A stretch of 49,063 nt of DNA from Candidatus Magasanikiibacteriota bacterium (lineage in GTDB: Bacteria > Patescibacteriota > Patescibacteriia > Magasanikbacterales > UBA922). Of this stretch, positions 44,051 through 49,063 are shown piece by piece; the stretch's first letter is position 1; the number at the start of each line of letters is the position of its first letter. Where the stretch lies: assembly GCA_023246555.1 (NCBI GenBank), contig JAHFIC010000002.1, positions 1-49,063 on the forward strand, read 5' to 3'. Under the pieces are notes generated by a model, which searched no databases, was not told where the DNA came from, and was given only the letters and a program-made list of their open reading frames with translations. A program made the position numbers and the translations under genes.

Positions 44051-44086
44051 ATTTTCGTTTTGTTTGCTACACTACTCGAAGGATAT

Positions 44087-44881
44087 ATGATAAAAAAACA
44101 AACATCCTGGGGGAATGTCGCTCTGTGGTATCACGAGCTTTTGAAAAACGGTAAAGGCACCTATCAGCACGACGTGATTCTTCCTCAGATCGTGCGATTA
44201 CTTGAGCCCAAAAAAGGACAAACGGTTCTTGATCTTGCTTGCGGACCAGGGTTTTTCGCGCGTGAATTCGCAAAAATGGGTCCGAAGGTGATTGGTATTG
44301 ATATTGCGGAAGAGTTGATTCTATTTGCAAAAAAGGCCACCGCCCTGGGCGGGGCCACGCCTACCGGCGGGAAGGTGCAAAATTTGGAGTTTTTCGTTAC
44401 GCCTGCGGATCACATTCCCATGATAAAAAATAAAAGTGTCGACGCGGTGACGATCATTCTCGCGCTTCAGAATATTGAAAACATGGCTGGTGTTTTTGCC
44501 GAATGCAGCCGAGTGCTGAAGGCTGACGGCCGATTGCTTCTCGTATTGAACCACCCCGCCTTTCGCGTGCCGAAAGCGAGCGACTGGGGGTGGGATGAGG
44601 AAAACAAGATTCAGTACCGTCGTGTTGATGCCTATATGAGCGAGGCGCGGGTAAAAATTGACATGCATCCTGGCGACGACCCATCCGTCCACACTTGGTC
44701 ATTTCATCGGCCGCTTCAGATCTACATGAAAGCACTCCATAAAGCAGGATTTTCCGTGACACGCTTGGAAGAATGGATTTCTAACCGGCAAGGCCCTAAA
44801 GGGAAGCGCTTTGCGGCAAGCGAGAAGGCACGCAAAGAGATACCATTGTTTTTATTTCTTGAAGCATTCATGGCATCATGA
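44087..44881 (+). CDS. class I SAM-dependent methyltransferase
   Basis: VLDLACGPGFF motif I. Confidence 0.85.
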   Translation: MIKKQTSWGNVALWYHELLKNGKGTYQHDVILPQIVRLLEPKKGQTVLDLACGPGFFAREFAKMGPKVIGIDIAEELILFAKKATALGGATPTGGKVQNLEFFVTPADHIPMIKNKSVDAVTIILALQNIENMAGVFAECSRVLKADGRLLLVLNHPAFRVPKASDWGWDEENKIQYRRVDAYMSEARVKIDMHPGDDPSVHTWSFHRPLQIYMKALHKAGFSVTRLEEWISNRQGPKGKRFAASEKARKEIPLFLFLEAFMAS

Positions 44882-44908
44882 TACAGTTAAAAAGGGAGGA
44901 GATGAGCT

Positions 44909-45232
44909 ATGGAACGCCAGGGAATTCCAGAAGTTCCAGTATCTTTTCGAAACCATTGCAATACTTGCGGGCTGACGACGGAATTTGTTCCCACGGAGAT
45001 CGACCATGTGACCGCCAAAGGCCTTCGATTTTTTTGTCAGTTCTGCAAGAAGCGGTTTGCGACCATTCTGTTTAAGAAGCCGCTCCACTGTTTTCATTGC
45101 AAGAAAGCGACGTGGCGCTGGCTTTTGGGGTATGCCGAGGGTGATTATCTGTATGTCTGTGAGGATTGCACCCGGTGGTTTCCCCGTGGTGAGCCGTTTA
45201 TCGAAGTCGATGCGGAAAAAGAGACAAAATAA
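44909..45232 (+). CDS. small protein with four CxxC pairs (double zinc-ribbon-like)
   Basis: GGGAGGAG SD sequence 7 nt upstream. Contains the pairs CNTC, CQFC, CFHC and CEDC. Confidence 0.55.
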   Translation: MERQGIPEVPVSFRNHCNTCGLTTEFVPTEIDHVTAKGLRFFCQFCKKRFATILFKKPLHCFHCKKATWRWLLGYAEGDYLYVCEDCTRWFPRGEPFIEVDAEKETK

Positions 45233-45280
45233 CCTGAGTCCGTTCCTTGGTGGGGCGGACTTCACTTCTTTTTATAGAGT

Positions 45281-45868
45281 ATGCCAAAAAAGCGCAGGGA
45301 GAATCGTATTTCCACAGTGATTGCAAAGCGTCAGCGTGGGATCATTGTCGTTCTTGAAGATCTCCACGATCCGCACAATGTGGCGGCGATTCTTCGCACC
45401 TGTGATGTGTTTGGTATTCAAGATGTTGTGTGCATTTACGAGACAGAGAAGTACGTGAATCCCAAACGCGTGGGGCGCTCGAGCTCAAGTTCTGCCAACA
45501 AGTGGCTTGATTTTACGGTGTATCGCTCCAGCACCGAAGCTGTCCAGGCATTAAAAGGTAATAAGTACCAATTGTTTGTGACAGTACTTGACGATACGGC
45601 GCAACCTCTCTACGATACCGACATGACGGCGGAGCCGGTTGCATTGGTTTTTGGGAATGAGCATACTGGCATATCGAAGACGATGCTGACGGTCGCGGAC
45701 AAGAAAATATTTATTCCCATGCGCGGGATGGTTCAGAGCTTGAATGTGTCGGTCGCTGCGGCGATTTGCTTGTCGGAATTGATACGACAGCGCATGGCAT
45801 CGCGAAAAGATTTTTCATTGCCGGCACGTGAACAAGCTGACTTGGTAAAAAGTTTTTTAGAGCGTTAA
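45281..45868 (+). CDS. trmH: SpoU/TrmH-family RNA 2'-O-methyltransferase
   Basis: VLEDLHDPHNVAAILRTCDVFG and FGNEHTGIS motifs. Confidence 0.85.
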   Translation: MPKKRRENRISTVIAKRQRGIIVVLEDLHDPHNVAAILRTCDVFGIQDVVCIYETEKYVNPKRVGRSSSSSANKWLDFTVYRSSTEAVQALKGNKYQLFVTVLDDTAQPLYDTDMTAEPVALVFGNEHTGISKTMLTVADKKIFIPMRGMVQSLNVSVAAAICLSELIRQRMASRKDFSLPAREQADLVKSFLER

Positions 45869-45881
45869 GTAGGTTTGTTTT

Positions 45882-46130
45882 ATGAATTTTCGCGATAAGG
45901 TTTTTGCCATTGTCCGCGGCATAGCAAAAGGGCAAACACTGACGTACAAAGAGGTTGCGGAGCGATCCGGTCGACCAAATGCCTACCGAGCAGTCGGAAA
46001 TATCCTCAATAAAAATTACAATCCGTCGATTCCTTGCCACCGCGTTATCCGTTCTGACGGGGAAACCGGTGGGTATAATCGCGGAGAGCGAGTGAAACAG
46101 GAGCGGCTGAAAGCTGAAGGCGCCTTATGA
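45882..46130 (+). CDS. MGMT-family DNA-binding domain protein with PCHR active site (short alkyltransferase)
   Basis: TYKEVAERSGRPNAYRAVGNIL...IPCHRVI motifs; only 82 aa. Confidence 0.8.
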   Translation: MNFRDKVFAIVRGIAKGQTLTYKEVAERSGRPNAYRAVGNILNKNYNPSIPCHRVIRSDGETGGYNRGERVKQERLKAEGAL

Positions 46131-47293
46131 AGCAGCTGATATTGAAATCGGGGAAAGAGAAGCCGATCCGTCATCGGCATCATTGGATTTTTTCCGGCGC
46201 GATCCAGTCATTGCCGCCAGGTGATGACGGAGAAATCGTGCAAGTGGTGAGCGCCACCGGGGATCTTTTGGGACACGCCTATGTGAACCGCCGCACGTCG
46301 ATTGTCGGACGGATGATAAATTTCGGAAGCGGCGATCCGGAAGCGGCGATTCGAAAATCCATTGACCGGGCAATTCATTGCCGCGAATCATTGTTTGATA
46401 CGACCGTCACGAACGCGTATCGGCTGATTCACGGGGAAGGGGACGGGATCCCGGGTCTTACCGTTGACCGATACGACGATGTGCTGGTGATTCAGGTGCT
46501 TACGCTCGGGATCGAGCGTTTGAAGCCTATGATTATTGAACATCTGAAAGAACGTCTCAAGCCGCGTTGTATTTACGAAAAGTCAAAACTACCCGGGAGA
46601 AAAGAAGAGGGGTTGCCAGAGAAAGAAAGTCTTTTGTGGGGTAGCGATACAGACGAGATCGAGATTCTTGAACTTGGACACCGGTTTCTCGTTTCAGTCC
46701 ACCGGGGTCAGAAGACAGGATTTTTTCTTGATCAGCGCGAGATGCGACGACTGGTTGGAATACACGCGAAGGGGAAACGCGTTCTCAACTGTTTCGGATA
46801 TACGGGCGGTTATTCTGTCTACGCATTGCACGGTGGAGCGACTGCGGTTGATACGGTCGATATTTCGAATGACGCAATTGCGCTTGCGGTACGAAATAGC
46901 ATCGTAAATGGTTTTTCGGATGATCGTCATCGCGGGATTACCGCGGACGCATTTGAGTATCTACGCACCGATCCATTGCACTACGAGCTCATTATCCTTG
47001 ATCCTCCAGCGTTTGCCAAGAAAAAAACGGATGTGGTCAGTGCCTGCCGCGGATACAAAGATATCAATCGACTGGCCATGGAAAAAATGCCGCCTGGGAG
47101 TTTGCTCGTCACCTCATCATGTTCTTATCACGTCGATGAGAAACTTTTTCAGACGGTCGTGTTTCAAGCAGCGCTTGAAGCGAAGCGGGATGTCCGCATT
47201 ATCAGCCGCCACGCGCAAGCGGCAGATCACCCAGTGAACATCTATCACCCGGAGGGGGAATACTTGAAGAGTTTGGTGCTCTTTGTCGAATGA
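46127..47293 (+). CDS. rlmI: 23S rRNA m5C methyltransferase, RlmI-like (PUA plus SAM methyltransferase)
   Basis: KSGKEKPIRHRHHWIFSGAI N-terminus and a DPPAF motif. Confidence 0.85.
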   Translation: MKQLILKSGKEKPIRHRHHWIFSGAIQSLPPGDDGEIVQVVSATGDLLGHAYVNRRTSIVGRMINFGSGDPEAAIRKSIDRAIHCRESLFDTTVTNAYRLIHGEGDGIPGLTVDRYDDVLVIQVLTLGIERLKPMIIEHLKERLKPRCIYEKSKLPGRKEEGLPEKESLLWGSDTDEIEILELGHRFLVSVHRGQKTGFFLDQREMRRLVGIHAKGKRVLNCFGYTGGYSVYALHGGATAVDTVDISNDAIALAVRNSIVNGFSDDRHRGITADAFEYLRTDPLHYELIILDPPAFAKKKTDVVSACRGYKDINRLAMEKMPPGSLLVTSSCSYHVDEKLFQTVVFQAALEAKRDVRIISRHAQAADHPVNIYHPEGEYLKSLVLFVE

Positions 47294-49023
47294 ACCGGAT
47301 CGCCATGTGCTATACTATGCATATGGTTGAAAATATTTTTTTACAAATTAGCATTCTTCTTGGCATTACCGTTGGTATTGCGGCGATTGTTCGTTTTTTG
47401 CGCCAACCACTCCTTATCGCCTACATTCTTGCCGGCCTTATTGCCGGGCCATTATTGTTAAACTTTATTGATCAAGACGCGCGTGTCTATGAGGTTTTTT
47501 CTGAATTTGGCATCGTTCTGCTTTTGTTTATTGTTGGGTTAAGCCTGAATTTCACTCACATCAAAAAAATTGGAAAGATTGCGGTCGTTGTGGGCGTGTC
47601 CCAGGTTGTGCTCACGACAACTGTTGGATTTTTGATTCTCCGATTTTTTCAATTTTCTCCGTTGATTTCTTTCTCGCTGGCGGTTGCTTCTGCATTTTCA
47701 AGCACCATTATCATCACAAAACTGCTCTCAGATAAGAAGGATTTGGAAACGGTGTACGGACGCTATGCGGTTGGTCTCATGCTTGTCCAGGATGTGATCG
47801 CTATCACGCTTTTGTTCGCCATGAACGCATTTATCCAAAATTCCGGATTGCCATTTCTTCAGCTTGTGAGCGGGTTTATTTTTCGCGGAGGCGTTGTGAT
47901 CGCCTGCATTTATTTTCTCACCAAGTTTATTCTGCCGCGCCTCGTGGAGCGCGCGGCCACATCATCGGAATTTCTTTTTCTTTTCACCATCGCGTGGTGT
48001 TTCGGTGTCGCGAGTATTGCCCGCGCTACTGGATTGTCGCTGGAGATGGGAGCAATCATCGCTGGGATTTCATTAGGGTCATCACTTTATCAACCGGAAA
48101 TATCAAGCAAAATTCGTCCACTGCGTGATTTTTTTTTGATTCTTTTTTTTATTCTTCTCGGAAGCAAAATGACTGTTGCGAATTTTGGATCGGCGATCGC
48201 TCCGAGTATTGCGCTGACGGGTTTTATTTTGCTGGGCAATCCGGGAATCGTGTATATGCTTTTCCGCGTGATGAAGTTCACCCGTCGGAACAGTTTTTTG
48301 GTCGGCGTCTCGGTAGGACAAGTAAGTGAGTTTGGCTTTGTGCTTCTGTTTGCTCTTGCGCAAGCGAATCTAGTGCCCGATGTCGTTGTGTCAATGTTCA
48401 CCATGACAGCGCTGGGAACGATTTTTTTCTCTTCTTATGCGATTACCTACAACGAGACGCTGTATCGGTTTTTTATCCCGCTGTTCAATTTTTTTGGGAA
48501 AGATGCCTACCAGCAGCCTGAGGAATTCCGGCCAGTGTACGAGGCTTGGGTCATTGGCTACCACCGAATGGGCTGGAAGATTTGCGAAACGCTTAAAGAG
48601 TTGAAGATATCTTTTGCCGTTATTGATTTCAACCCCGAGGTGGTAAAACAATTGCGCCAAGAAGGTACCCCAGCGTATTTTGGGGATGCCGCGGATGTGG
48701 AGTTTCTGTCGACATTTCCGTTTGCGAAAGCGAAGTTGATTATTTCTACGATTCCGGAAGTCGACGATCAATTGACATTTGTGCAGTATGTTCGATCAAT
48801 GTCCAGGAAGCCGTACCTGATCGCCAATGTGACATCGGTAGAGCACCTTAATGATTTCTATCGGAAGGGCGTGGATTATATTCTTATGCCGCATATGCTG
48901 GGAGGGTATCGCATGTCAGAAATTCTTCGATTGAGAAGGCTCTCACGAAAGACATTTGAAAAGCTTCGTCGAGAACAAAAACGTGAGGTGATTTTGCGTT
49001 TCCAAGCAGGGGCGCATGATTAA
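47290..49023 (+). CDS. CPA2 cation:proton antiporter with a C-terminal RCK/TrkA-N domain (Kef-type)
   Basis: About 12 TM segments followed by a Rossmann-like VIGYHRMGWKI domain. The ATGA overlap supports a start at 47290. An internal TATACT at 47311 precedes ATGs at 47317 and 47323. Confidence 0.88.
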   Translation: MNRIAMCYTMHMVENIFLQISILLGITVGIAAIVRFLRQPLLIAYILAGLIAGPLLLNFIDQDARVYEVFSEFGIVLLLFIVGLSLNFTHIKKIGKIAVVVGVSQVVLTTTVGFLILRFFQFSPLISFSLAVASAFSSTIIITKLLSDKKDLETVYGRYAVGLMLVQDVIAITLLFAMNAFIQNSGLPFLQLVSGFIFRGGVVIACIYFLTKFILPRLVERAATSSEFLFLFTIAWCFGVASIARATGLSLEMGAIIAGISLGSSLYQPEISSKIRPLRDFFLILFFILLGSKMTVANFGSAIAPSIALTGFILLGNPGIVYMLFRVMKFTRRNSFLVGVSVGQVSEFGFVLLFALAQANLVPDVVVSMFTMTALGTIFFSSYAITYNETLYRFFIPLFNFFGKDAYQQPEEFRPVYEAWVIGYHRMGWKICETLKELKISFAVIDFNPEVVKQLRQEGTPAYFGDAADVEFLSTFPFAKAKLIISTIPEVDDQLTFVQYVRSMSRKPYLIANVTSVEHLNDFYRKGVDYILMPHMLGGYRMSEILRLRRLSRKTFEKLRREQKREVILRFQAGAHD

Positions 49024-49037
49024 CCAAAAATTGTTTT

Positions 49038-49063
49038 TTACATCATGCCGCCCATACCACCCA
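49038..49063 (-). CDS. groL: chaperonin GroEL, extreme C-terminus only
   Basis: The minus strand ends ...GGMGGMM-TAA, the hallmark GroEL Gly-Met tail. Only 8 codons are visible. Confidence 0.4.

Overview
This looks like a bacterial chromosomal window with a roughly 45-50% GC backbone (estimated by eye). Gene content suggests a small-genome Patescibacteria/CPR-type organism, which is an inference. The hints are a DUF5671 protein, a membrane-anchored family-5 solute-binding protein, a four-helix-bundle protein, frequent ATGA start/stop overlaps, and many genes with no Shine-Dalgarno (SD) sequence.

Coordinates 1-13.1 kb form one long minus-strand array for pyrimidine metabolism. It reads carA-carB-pyrB-pyrI-pyrC-pyrD(partial), preceded by gatB, a split membrane-protein gene, and a thymidylate module (dCMP deaminase, dNMP-kinase-like protein, dut, thyA, folA, tmk).

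Coordinates 13.2-20.3 kb carry secE-nusG-rplK-rplA and gyrB, but the ribosomal cluster is broken by accessory inserts. These are a four-helix-bundle gene boxed by inverted heptamer arrays, a DinJ/YafQ-like toxin-antitoxin pair, a 2-hydroxyacid dehydrogenase, an elastin-like GGGVPG mini-protein and a high-GC lipoprotein islet.

The remainder is mostly housekeeping: RodA/FtsW, L25, prmC-prfA, L31, secG, tRNA-Leu, RNase J, trpS, archaeal-type PEP carboxylase, typA, RNA methyltransferases and a Kef-type antiporter. Interspersed are compositionally foreign high-GC genes for envelope or unknown functions: an ATP-grasp-like ligase, a C70/C39-like cysteine protease and a LysM-vWA protein.

The most unusual signals are:
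- GCNNNNN heptamer arrays that flank the four-helix-bundle gene as inverted repeats and also sit in-frame inside gyrB.
- A ~58-nt double-hairpin element present in two different reading frames inside pyrC and carA.
- A terminator plus 15-codon leader ORF abutting the carA start codon, which resembles a pyrimidine attenuator.
- An in-frame TGA splitting a membrane protein.
- A recurring TATACT-type -10 box 9-12 nt upstream of ATG, implying leaderless mRNAs.

No CRISPR array, rRNA gene, transposase or integrase was seen.
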